DNA of 64,000 nt from a virus, in IMG/VR virus record IMGVR_UViG_3300032401_000001, positions 64,001 to 128,000 of that record. One strand, given 5' to 3'. The notes beneath the pieces are model-generated. The model worked only from the letters and a program-made list of their open reading frames with translations, ran no database searches and was not told where the DNA came from. Shown here one piece after another: positions 50,288-58,215 of this stretch (its first letter is position 1; each line of letters begins with the position of its first letter). A program made the translations under genes and the position numbers.

Positions 50288-50724
50288 CAGCGGACCTCGA
50301 CTTCGAAGACCACGCCCAGCTCTTCCAGCGCTTGGAGCAGCTCGAGCGGGGCGAAGCGCTTGTCAGCGAAGGTTATGAAGACGAAGCGCGGTTCGGTATG
50401 GTGCAATCGAACCTGGAGTGCCGTCAGTCCACCGAGAGGTCGACTGCCCAGCGTCACCATGGTTTCGTCAGGGTTGTGCGTCGTGCGGATGCGTAGCGGG
50501 TACGCGGTGTTGCTGTTGGCGTCATCGGGCGCCGGCCCAGGGATGGGGAAGCAGCCAGCGATGTTGAAATGCGTGGTCATCCCGGTAGGGCTGATCAGCA
50601 GTTCGAAGGATGTGATGCGCTTCAGTACCTGGCCGTTGTAGAGAACCAAGTCTTTGGGCGGGGTTTCTTGCTGGCGGGCGAGGTGGATGCTGAGCGGTAG
50701 CGGTGAGTCGAGGACTAAGGGCAT
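50287..50724 (-). CDS. hypothetical protein
   Basis: RBS aggag. Confidence 0.7.
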   Translation of the reverse strand: MPLVLDSPLPLSIHLARQQETPPKDLVLYNGQVLKRITSFELLISPTGMTTHFNIAGCFPIPGPAPDDANSNTAYPLRIRTTHNPDETMVTLGSRPLGGLTALQVRLHHTEPRFVFITFADKRFAPLELLQALEELGVVFEVEVR

Positions 50725-50780
50725 GCGAGCTCCTGAGCTATGCTAATGAGATAAGCACAGCTCAGGCGGGCTTGTCAACG

Positions 50781-51149
50781 CTACTTCGTCGGTGGCTGGG
50801 GGTTGCGGACGGCTTCGACGCCGCTGGCGATGACGTTGGGGATACTGCCGATGCCAGCACCGGCGACGAAGCCACGCAGGGCGCGGTAGGGGGCGCCGTG
50901 TCCGGTGTGCATCGAGAGCTCGAGAGGTACGCCGATGGCGGCGCCGGCGAGCGGGCCGAACTTGCGGATGAAGGGCAGGACATGCTGAGTGTCGCGTTGT
51001 TCTTCTGGCTCCGGTAGATACGGGATCCCGGCGGTCAGACCCACGTCTCCTGACGGTTGCATGCCGAGTTGCTCGAGGCTGCCGGCGGGCAACAGGCCCA
51101 TCGCTTGTAGCGCCTGAATCTGCCCGATGCCGCGGATGAACTCGTCCAT
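50781..51149 (-). CDS. putative internal virion protein (G-x3-AL motif family)
   Basis: FIRGIGQIQALQAMGLL; Gly/Ala-rich hydrophobic segments. Confidence 0.7.
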   Translation of the reverse strand: MDEFIRGIGQIQALQAMGLLPAGSLEQLGMQPSGDVGLTAGIPYLPEPEEQRDTQHVLPFIRKFGPLAGAAIGVPLELSMHTGHGAPYRALRGFVAGAGIGSIPNVIASGVEAVRNPQPPTK

Positions 51150-51219
51150 GGTACCCTCAGCAAACCGCCGTCAGGGCCGGTATAAGGATGTGATGGCCCC
51201 CCACTCGAAGGAGGAAACC

Positions 51220-51447
51220 ATGAAGGCGATCATGAAGGCCTTCGTCGTGTCTGGCATGTGCGGCGCAGTGCGTAAGCCGGTGGTCGGTCTCGACGGCGTC
51301 TCGGTCTCGTACGATGAGTCCCAGGTGGCTCCTCGTCGCCTCTACCTCACATTCCCGAACGGCAAGACGCAGACCTACGAGCTCCAGGGTGAGACGCTCG
51401 AGGCTTGTGCGCGCAACGCGGCTGACATCGTTGGTTTGCCGGCGTAG
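51220..51447 (+). CDS. small hypothetical protein with its own promoter and terminator
   Basis: cggTATAAGga at 51178, RBS ggagga, terminator 51458-51490. Confidence 0.75.
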   Translation: MKAIMKAFVVSGMCGAVRKPVVGLDGVSVSYDESQVAPRRLYLTFPNGKTQTYELQGETLEACARNAADIVGLPA

Positions 51448-51500
51448 CTGCTGTACGGCGCTGCCCCTCCGGGGGTGGCGCGCTTCTTTAGTCTGCAGCG

Positions 51501-52214
51501 TCACTTGGGGATTCCTCGGGCTACGAGTTTGCCAAGCGACTTGAGCCGACTGGTGGCAGGGGCTACGAATTCTTCAGCTTTGGTTGCTGCTGCTGCTCCA
51601 GTTCCTTCGAGGACGTTTCCGGTACCGATGTTGGTGAGGTGCTCGGCGGTGGTTCTTGGATCCAGTGGCATGAGACCGACGTGCCGAGGGTAGGGCTGCG
51701 GCTTGGAACTGGGGAGATCGGCACGGAACGGTGCAAGGCGCTCGACCGGTGGTGGCAACGGTTCACCGGGACCTTGTGTGAACCGCTGCAGGAATTCTCC
51801 GCGTTCGCTCAAACGTGACCTGAAAGGTTCTTCGGCGACGGGTCCGCCGCGTACTGATACTGGTGCTTCGCCGGTAGGACCACCGGACGCGTACCAGCCC
51901 ATCCGCGGTGCGCCTCGACTGGGTTCGACACCTATTGCACGGTGCTGTTGATTGATGGCGTCGAGAGCGCGCGAGAATTCTGGTCCCGGTGCTGCAGTGG
52001 CGCGAGCGCGCATAAGTGTCTGCATGCGGTCAGTGGGTGTCATCGCGCCCCAGTTCTCGGGCACGGTGACGCCGGCAGGTGGCCGGGCCGTGAAGACTTG
52101 AGGCCAGTGTTGCTGCATGGTCTCGAGCTGCCCGGCGCTGTAGTCAGCTTGCTTGAGCAGACCGAGCGCCTGCAGTGCGTGTTGCTGCCCCCAGCGCTGT
52201 GCTTGCGTGAGCAT
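51501..52214 (-). CDS. putative internal virion protein (motif family)
   Basis: QRWGQQHALQALGLLKQA. Confidence 0.7.
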   Translation of the reverse strand: MLTQAQRWGQQHALQALGLLKQADYSAGQLETMQQHWPQVFTARPPAGVTVPENWGAMTPTDRMQTLMRARATAAPGPEFSRALDAINQQHRAIGVEPSRGAPRMGWYASGGPTGEAPVSVRGGPVAEEPFRSRLSERGEFLQRFTQGPGEPLPPPVERLAPFRADLPSSKPQPYPRHVGLMPLDPRTTAEHLTNIGTGNVLEGTGAAAATKAEEFVAPATSRLKSLGKLVARGIPK

Positions 52215-52669
52215 CACGCCTGTTCCGGTGCCATCCCCGCCATCGAGCCGTCGTCGGCGCCAGGCATGCCTGGTGCACCGGGCGCGCCGCTGGCCATCTG
52301 TTGCTGTTGGCCCTGGACGGCGACGTCGGGACCACCTTCCGGCGCTTGCATCTCGATCTTCGCGGTCGGGTCAGCCTGGAACATGGCTTGGAGCGCTGCG
52401 GGATCGATGAGCGCATCCGGCGACACCTTGACGCTGGTCGACTTCTCGCCTTCGGGCGTGATGCGGATGCTGGCGCCCTGGAAGGTGCCACCGGGCAGCA
52501 GACCGATGGCTTCTTCTGCGTCCTGGGGCTGCGGTGGCGCCTGTTCACTGCCGCCCTGCCAGTAGTTCGGATCGCCCAGCGACGGGTCGGCGCGCTTCGT
52601 GAAGATGGCCGCGGCGGCATGGGCGCCGAGCTTGTAGGCCAGAGAGACGTCGTTGAGACCCATGGTCAT
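52214..52669 (-). CDS. putative internal virion protein (motif family)
   Basis: AYKLGAHAAAAIFTKRA; low-complexity P/G/A/Q. Confidence 0.75.
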   Translation of the reverse strand: MTMGLNDVSLAYKLGAHAAAAIFTKRADPSLGDPNYWQGGSEQAPPQPQDAEEAIGLLPGGTFQGASIRITPEGEKSTSVKVSPDALIDPAALQAMFQADPTAKIEMQAPEGGPDVAVQGQQQQMASGAPGAPGMPGADDGSMAGMAPEQA

Positions 52670-52673
52670 CCTC

Positions 52674-52937
52674 CTACTGCGTAGGCTTGCTGCTGGACTT
52701 GGCTGCGGTCAAGGGAGCGCCACCGGGCGGTGCGGCCAGTCGCGGCGCGCCTGCGGCTGCGGCAGGCGTCTGACGCCCATCGATGAGGCTGCCGGTGAAG
52801 GCGCCCGGGATGTCGCCGAACGTCGCACCGCCGGGCTTGGCCCCGGCGCTGGTGCTGGTGATGTTGTCCGCGGCTGCGCGCTTCATGAGCTGCGCGAGTG
52901 CGTGCTGAACGCCGAGCTGGTAGGCGGTGCTGGTCAT
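52674..52937 (-). CDS. putative internal virion protein (motif family)
   Basis: AYQLGVQHALAQLMKRA. Confidence 0.7.
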   Translation of the reverse strand: MTSTAYQLGVQHALAQLMKRAAADNITSTSAGAKPGGATFGDIPGAFTGSLIDGRQTPAAAAGAPRLAAPPGGAPLTAAKSSSKPTQ

Positions 52938-54262
52938 CGGCCCGCTTGATTCCAGTCGGTGAAGGCCGCGCGCGACGCCGTCAGCTTCTGGTTCTGTGCG
53001 ACGGCGGGCGGCGGTTGTTGCGGTGGTGGTTGCGCTTGGGTCACGTTAACTGGCTTCTGGGGCCAGCGCATCGGTTGGGTCTTGTCGACGGGAACCGAAT
53101 AGCCGGCGGCGACTGCAGCGCCTCGCTGAGACTTCTGGGCTTCAGGACCCAGCGTGCCGAGGGTGGGCTTGCTCCACGGCCAGCCGAGCTTCTCGGCGGC
53201 GCGCTTGCAGCGGCGTTCGTAGATGGCCGCGTGAGCCGCTTTCGTCGGCAGGTCATCGAGCGTCTTCGAGGCCAGGTTGTGCGACGATTCGGTGCCCAGC
53301 ATGTCGGGGGTGCGCCGGGCGAAGCTGCGCAGCTGCCGGGAGATGGTGTCGGCCTCGTGCACGCTCTCAGAGAGCGTCTTGGGACGGGCCATGCTGGTCT
53401 TGAGCCCCAGTTGTTGTGCTGCGCCTTCAGCCCCATCAGCACGGCGTGCTGAACGACCACCGAGGTGAGCACCTATGGCTAGCCCACCAATGCCGAGAGC
53501 GCCCATCAAACCGCGGCGCATGCCCAACGATTCAGGAGCTACGCGGCGCAGGAGCGCAGCGAGACCTGCACCTGTGCCGAGACCAACAGCACCACCTGCG
53601 GCGCCACCACCCATGCCGCGCAGCGCGGGGCTGGTGTCGGGACGAGCACGACCGCCGGCCGCACGATGTCCGATGCCGGCGCTAAGACCCATCGCGGCCA
53701 TCGGGATGCCAGCGGCCAGCAGGGCGTGTCGCACGCCGGCAGCCCGGTAGGCTTCGCGGAGTGAGGCGCCAGCCGCACGGAGGGGCTCCATCGAAGGCAG
53801 CGGCGAAGGCATGTCGGGCGGCAGTGGCATCGCAATCTTCCTTGGACTCTCGAAGGTCGCGAGTACCTTCGTCTTGAATTTCTCGAATGGTAGCACGCTC
53901 ATCGAGCCGAAGAACCGGTCGTCGTTGTAGTGGTTCTTGTACGCGGTCTTGGCTTCGTCGGCGGTGTGGAAGCCGAGCATGCACTTGTCTTCGTCGAAGG
54001 ACTTGAAGTCGGGGGCCTTGCGCTGGTGGATGACGTAGACGTTCTCGGCGTCTTCGTGTGGGCCGACGAAGACGTCCACGTGATCGCCATCGACGCCTTC
54101 GGTACGGCGGATGTAGCCGTAGGGCACCGACATCTTCGTCTTGCCCGCTTCGCCGGTGCTGGCGTCGGTCCAGTGACGCAGTTCTCCTTCGTCCGTCTCG
54201 ATCGAGACGTCAAGGCCGCGAAACTTCAGGCGCCGGGAGAGGCGGTGTTGGGCGAGCTTCAT
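52934..54262 (-). CDS. inorganic-pyrophosphatase-like (InPase) domain protein with Gly-rich membrane segments
   Basis: VSIE...R.W...M.VPYGYI..TEGVDGDHVDVFVGP...DEDKCMLGF. Confidence 0.85.
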   Translation of the reverse strand: MKLAQHRLSRRLKFRGLDVSIETDEGELRHWTDASTGEAGKTKMSVPYGYIRRTEGVDGDHVDVFVGPHEDAENVYVIHQRKAPDFKSFDEDKCMLGFHTADEAKTAYKNHYNDDRFFGSMSVLPFEKFKTKVLATFESPRKIAMPLPPDMPSPLPSMEPLRAAGASLREAYRAAGVRHALLAAGIPMAAMGLSAGIGHRAAGGRARPDTSPALRGMGGGAAGGAVGLGTGAGLAALLRRVAPESLGMRRGLMGALGIGGLAIGAHLGGRSARRADGAEGAAQQLGLKTSMARPKTLSESVHEADTISRQLRSFARRTPDMLGTESSHNLASKTLDDLPTKAAHAAIYERRCKRAAEKLGWPWSKPTLGTLGPEAQKSQRGAAVAAGYSVPVDKTQPMRWPQKPVNVTQAQPPPQQPPPAVAQNQKLTASRAAFTDWNQAGR

Positions 54263-55062
54263 CGGTTGTACCAGGGTCGCTGAGTTCGGCCGCCGACGTA
54301 ACTACCTGCGAGTGTGCCAGCGGCGGTACCACCAAGGATAAGGGGTACCGCGGCTCTTCCTCTCGTCGCTAAGCTGGCGAGGGTACCTAGGGTGCCGCCG
54401 GCAAGACCGCCACCTAGACCACCAAGCATTCCATGCCCGATGACACGACCGACGTTCCACCGGGTGGGTGCGCTACCATAACCGCTGTAGGCAGCAGATG
54501 GTCCGCCAACAAGGCCAGCAGCGAGTGCCGTGGCTGCTACGGCAGGGACTAGGCCTGTGTAGTCATTTGAGAGACCTTCTCCAGGTTTGTAGTCAGACCG
54601 ATATTGGGGCGGTGCGTCTGCTGGTCCGTACGCGCCTGGATTTCGATTCCAGTGTTCTTCTGCGCGTTGTTGAGCCGTCTGTGAAGTACTCTGGTTGGTG
54701 CGCTGGCCACGTGCACGCTCGTAAGCGGCTCTGACCTGTTCTTTGCTGGCCGGATGGACCGGGTTTTGTTGCCGCCACTTTGTGTAGAGTTGATCGAAGT
54801 CGGAGGGCGCAGCGACGTTCTTCAATGCGGCTTCGAGACGCTGCGCGAGATCTGGCTGGGTCTTCCAGATGTCGGCGCGAATGCCGCCGGCGGCGCCGGA
54901 GGTGACGTAGTGGCGCAGTGCTTCGACTTCGTCCGGTGTCATTTTCGAGAGGATCTTGGGTAGATTTTCGACTCCTTCTTCGGTCACGGCGCGTAGGACT
55001 CCACCCACGGAGAGTCCGAGTTTCTCAAGGGCTGCAAGTTTGCCGAAGAGGTAGGGGGTCAT
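54259..55062 (-). CDS. putative internal virion protein with glycine-zipper segments
   Basis: YLFGKLAALEKLGL; GGLGGGLAGGTLG. Confidence 0.75.
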   Translation of the reverse strand: MTPYLFGKLAALEKLGLSVGGVLRAVTEEGVENLPKILSKMTPDEVEALRHYVTSGAAGGIRADIWKTQPDLAQRLEAALKNVAAPSDFDQLYTKWRQQNPVHPASKEQVRAAYERARGQRTNQSTSQTAQQRAEEHWNRNPGAYGPADAPPQYRSDYKPGEGLSNDYTGLVPAVAATALAAGLVGGPSAAYSGYGSAPTRWNVGRVIGHGMLGGLGGGLAGGTLGTLASLATRGRAAVPLILGGTAAGTLAGSYVGGRTQRPWYNR

Positions 55063-55066
55063 GGGG

Positions 55067-55324
55067 TCACAATCTGATCGGCGGCGACTTCCCTGCCAAC
55101 TGCTTGCCGATGATCCGGAATGGATTACGAAACAGTCGTTTGATCAGCTTCGAGAAGTCGAACTTTGGGAGCTTCAGCTTGAAGAGTCGCTTCATCCGTC
55201 GATGTAGCGAGGTGAGCGGGTCGGGACGCTGACGGGCGCGCAGCGGCGGTGCGTGCTTGGCTTCCTTGAGGAGGCCGAGTTCGCACAGTGCGTCGTGAAC
55301 ACCGCTGTCATAGAACTGCGTCAC
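55067..55324 (-). CDS. putative internal virion protein (motif family)
   Basis: FYDSGVHDALCELGLLKEA. Confidence 0.7.
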   Translation of the reverse strand: MTQFYDSGVHDALCELGLLKEAKHAPPLRARQRPDPLTSLHRRMKRLFKLKLPKFDFSKLIKRLFRNPFRIIGKQLAGKSPPIRL

Positions 55325-55327
55325 GGT

Positions 55328-56200
55328 TCACTGCAGGAAGGGCATTCCTGTGCCGGCCATCGATCCGCGCATCTTGGTCAGCCAATCACTGGCTTGCTGT
55401 GCGCGCGATGGTGGTTCACTGGGTGCAGCCATGGCGCCACCCGTGATGCCACCGATGAGACTTCCGCCAGCGACGCCAGCGCCACCGCGTGTGAAAGGTC
55501 GCTCGAGTTGTGGATGTCGCGCGAGGATTTGTTGAACGCGTGCAGTTCCTTCTTCTCCGGCACGGGCTGCGCGTACCGGACTGACGATGCCGCTGAGGGT
55601 TCGCTTTCCGGCGTCACTCAAGCCACGGCCAGCAAATCCTCCAGCAGCGCCGCCGAGCAGTGCACCTCCGGCAGCGCCGCCGAGAGCACCACGCGCAGCT
55701 CCGCTCCAACCCCTGCCTTCCGGTGCTGCGATGGCGCCGCTGATGGCGCCGGGGATGGCACCACCGAGGCCACCGGCCAGAGCACCGCGGCCGATGAGAC
55801 CGAGCAGAGGGCCGATGCCGAGCTTCTCGACGGCGGCGATCTTGCCCTGCAGGACGAAGCGATTCTCGTTCACGGCGGACTCCTTCTTGCGCGCAGGTGA
55901 CTTTGTGATTTCTTCGGGCTTGCGGAGTGCTTCGCGTGCGTTGTGCTTCGGCAAGTTCGCGATCATACGCGAGCGACGCGCGTCGATTGAACCAGGTCCT
56001 GGCGATGCCCAGGCGGTGTCGGGGCTGAAGAGCATACTGTTCACGCGTCCGCGCTGATGTTGTTTCAGCAGACCGAACAGTCGGTCGTCGATCGGACGAC
56101 GAGCAATCTCCGTGAGTTGGTGGCCACCGTAGTGATGGGACCCTCTGCGGAGCATGTCCTTGAGGTAACGCGGCACACCTGCGCGTTTCTCTTCGTTCAC
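55328..56200 (-). CDS. putative internal virion protein with glycine-zipper segments
   Basis: FVLQGKIAAVEKLGI; repeated GGxxGGxxG. Confidence 0.75.
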   Translation of the reverse strand: MNEEKRAGVPRYLKDMLRRGSHHYGGHQLTEIARRPIDDRLFGLLKQHQRGRVNSMLFSPDTAWASPGPGSIDARRSRMIANLPKHNAREALRKPEEITKSPARKKESAVNENRFVLQGKIAAVEKLGIGPLLGLIGRGALAGGLGGAIPGAISGAIAAPEGRGWSGAARGALGGAAGGALLGGAAGGFAGRGLSDAGKRTLSGIVSPVRAARAGEEGTARVQQILARHPQLERPFTRGGAGVAGGSLIGGITGGAMAAPSEPPSRAQQASDWLTKMRGSMAGTGMPFLQ

Positions 56201-56688
56201 GGCAGATTCCTTTGCGAGGCGGCGAGGATGGGCGCGGTGTTGTTGAAGCCCAGTTCCTGCAGCGCGGCGATCTTGCCGAAGTCGTAGGCGCTGCGCTTCT
56301 CGTGTGACATCGACCAGCGGCGACCGAGATGGGCACCGGTACCACCACCGACTGCGCCACCAAGGACTGCGCCGAGCAGCGCGGCGCGCATAGTGGTGTC
56401 CTTGTTCTTGTCACTGAAATGGTGACCAAGGGCACCACCGAGATAGGCGCCTCCGGTCATGCCCAGGATGCTCCCGAGCGCGGCGCCACCACCACTGGCG
56501 AGTCCGCGTTGGGCAGCGTGCCGATCTGGTCCGGTGAGGCCACCGGTGAGCATACCACCGGTGAATGCTGGAAGCGGCCCGAGAGCTCCACCAAGTGCAC
56601 CGACGACTGGCGTGGCAATGCTGCCCTGTTCGGCGTTGCGAGCGCTGGTCTTGACGAGCTGACGCACGACTTCACTGGCGTACGACAT
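56197..56688 (-). CDS. putative internal virion protein with glycine-zipper segments
   Basis: EKRSAYDFGKIAALQELGF; GGxxGG repeats. Confidence 0.75.
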   Translation of the reverse strand: MSYASEVVRQLVKTSARNAEQGSIATPVVGALGGALGPLPAFTGGMLTGGLTGPDRHAAQRGLASGGGAALGSILGMTGGAYLGGALGHHFSDKNKDTTMRAALLGAVLGGAVGGGTGAHLGRRWSMSHEKRSAYDFGKIAALQELGFNNTAPILAASQRNLP

Positions 56689-56697
56689 GGGTGGCTC

Positions 56698-57057
56698 CTA
56701 CGCGAAGACGTACATTTTCAGCGTCGCGGGCACCGTAGTGGTGCTGACCTTCACGCCGGTGATGGCGCCGTCGGGGTTGTGGATGAGGATGAAGCCAGCA
56801 CCGGTCTTCACGGTGAGCGCGATGGTGCTGTTGTTGAGCTTGATCTGCAGGTCGGCGCCGCTGGCTTCGATGAGCAGCAGCTTGGCGCTGGCAACTGGCA
56901 GGTCGATGACTTCGTCGACGGCGGTGACGCTGAACGGCTTCTCGACGTACAGCGCGGCGGTGTACGCCAGCGAGATGGCGAGGTTGTGCTTGGCGGCTTG
57001 TTTGCCATCTTCGAGGGGCCAGGTGAGTTCGCCGGCGAAGGTCAGGGTACGAGCCAT
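56698..57057 (-). CDS. beta-rich virion-type protein
   Basis: RBS gaggag; composition typical of a structural protein. Confidence 0.75.
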   Translation of the reverse strand: MARTLTFAGELTWPLEDGKQAAKHNLAISLAYTAALYVEKPFSVTAVDEVIDLPVASAKLLLIEASGADLQIKLNNSTIALTVKTGAGFILIHNPDGAITGVKVSTTTVPATLKMYVFA

Positions 57058-57070
57058 GGAAATCGCTCCT

Positions 57071-57085
57071 CTTTACGGCGTAAAC
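57071..57085. promoter_or_regulatory. palindrome CTTTAC-ggc-GTAAAC
   Basis: At the junction between two minus-strand genes, next to an RBS. Confidence 0.65.
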
Positions 57086-57771
57086 TGGCTCATTACTTCG
57101 CCAGTGTTGACGTTGGTGACGCCCTGGGTCAGACGGTTGTTCTCACCCCGGTTGGCCTTGAACGGCGGCACCGTGGCGTAGAAGTGGGCGGCGATGTAGT
57201 TGGCCCCGTCGAGTGCGACCATTCCGGCGATCACGTCGTCAAGATGCTTCGCTAGTTGGCGGAGTTCGAAAGGCCCGAAGCGACCAAAGCGGTGGCCCTG
57301 CCCGAGAGTGCGAATCCACTGTTGAACGCCGGCCGTCGATCGATACGCGGCGCCCGCCTGGTTGACGGTGGTGAACAGCTTCTCCGCTGAGTTGAGTCCG
57401 AGCACGAAGACGATGCGAACGGCGGCCCAGAAATCCAGATCGGCGCGGGTCCACCAGGTAGCGTACTGCGCGTGGAGCTGACGACCGTAGTCGTTTGCGA
57501 GTTGGCACCAGAGGTAGAGATTCTGCTGTGGGTCACGCGCCGCAACTTCCGTCTGTCCCAGATGGGAGACCTCGGCGACGCGCAGGCGCATGATACCGAC
57601 GGTACGCTGGGTCGCGTCACGGGTGGGCGGGTCGGCGCTGCCGTTGGTCTCGGCGGCCATGTGCGCCAACCCCAGGCTGCGGGGTGCGGGTCCCCGCCAA
57701 CGGTCCAGTGTCGCATTCCACAGGACGCCGAGTTCGCGCAACCGGGTGGGGCTGGTGCCGTACAGGATCAC
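57073..57771 (-). CDS. hypothetical protein
   Basis: GTG 57771 after gagga, GTGA overlap. Confidence 0.7.
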   Translation of the reverse strand: MILYGTSPTRLRELGVLWNATLDRWRGPAPRSLGLAHMAAETNGSADPPTRDATQRTVGIMRLRVAEVSHLGQTEVAARDPQQNLYLWCQLANDYGRQLHAQYATWWTRADLDFWAAVRIVFVLGLNSAEKLFTTVNQAGAAYRSTAGVQQWIRTLGQGHRFGRFGPFELRQLAKHLDDVIAGMVALDGANYIAAHFYATVPPFKANRGENNRLTQGVTNVNTGEVMSQFTP

Positions 57772-58157
57772 GCTGTCCTCAGTGCTGTGGCTAGTCCCCG
57801 TACGACCTGGGCGAGGTGGGGCGACATGGCGGACGCCGTCACGACTCGGGCGGCGGCGGTGGGCGCTGCGGCAGCGGCCGCAGGGGCTGCGGCAGCTGCG
57901 GCGGGGGCACCAGCGGCCGCTGCGGCGGCCCGGCGCGCCAGGTAGCCCTTGCCGAGGCCACGGAGCCCCAGCGCGGCCAGCAGGCCGCCAGCGATGAGCC
58001 CAGTGGGCAAGGCCCATTTTGGCCAGGCGTACGGATCCCACTGCGGCGGCGCGTAGAACTGCGGGGGCAGTTGTGTGGGGTCGTCGATGCCGGGATTGTA
58101 GCCCGACTCACCGTAGGTGCCGGCCGGCATCGCGGGCACGTCTTGGGCAGTCTTCAT
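57768..58157 (-). CDS. single-TM Ala/Pro-rich protein
   Basis: MKTAQ start, TM GLIAGGLLAALGL, poly-Ala tail. Confidence 0.7.
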   Translation of the reverse strand: MKTAQDVPAMPAGTYGESGYNPGIDDPTQLPPQFYAPPQWDPYAWPKWALPTGLIAGGLLAALGLRGLGKGYLARRAAAAAAGAPAAAAAAPAAAAAAPTAAARVVTASAMSPHLAQVVRGLATALRTA

Positions 58158-58180
58158 CTGGGATCCTCGACGGGTTCGCC

Positions 58181-58190
58181 CAATTATAGG
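58181..58190 (-). promoter_or_regulatory. late-type promoter CCTATAAT
   Basis: Same motif at about 62054-62061 and 63545-63552 (CCTATACT), 22-30 nt upstream of starts. Confidence 0.5.
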
Positions 58191-58215
58191 CTCTCCGCGA
58201 CGTTCCCGGTAGCCG

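Noticed and set aside
57772-58041. N-terminal extension of the 322-aa ORF 57073..58041
   Set aside because: It overlaps the 57768..58157 gene; RBS plus GTG at 57771 gives a standard GTGA overlap
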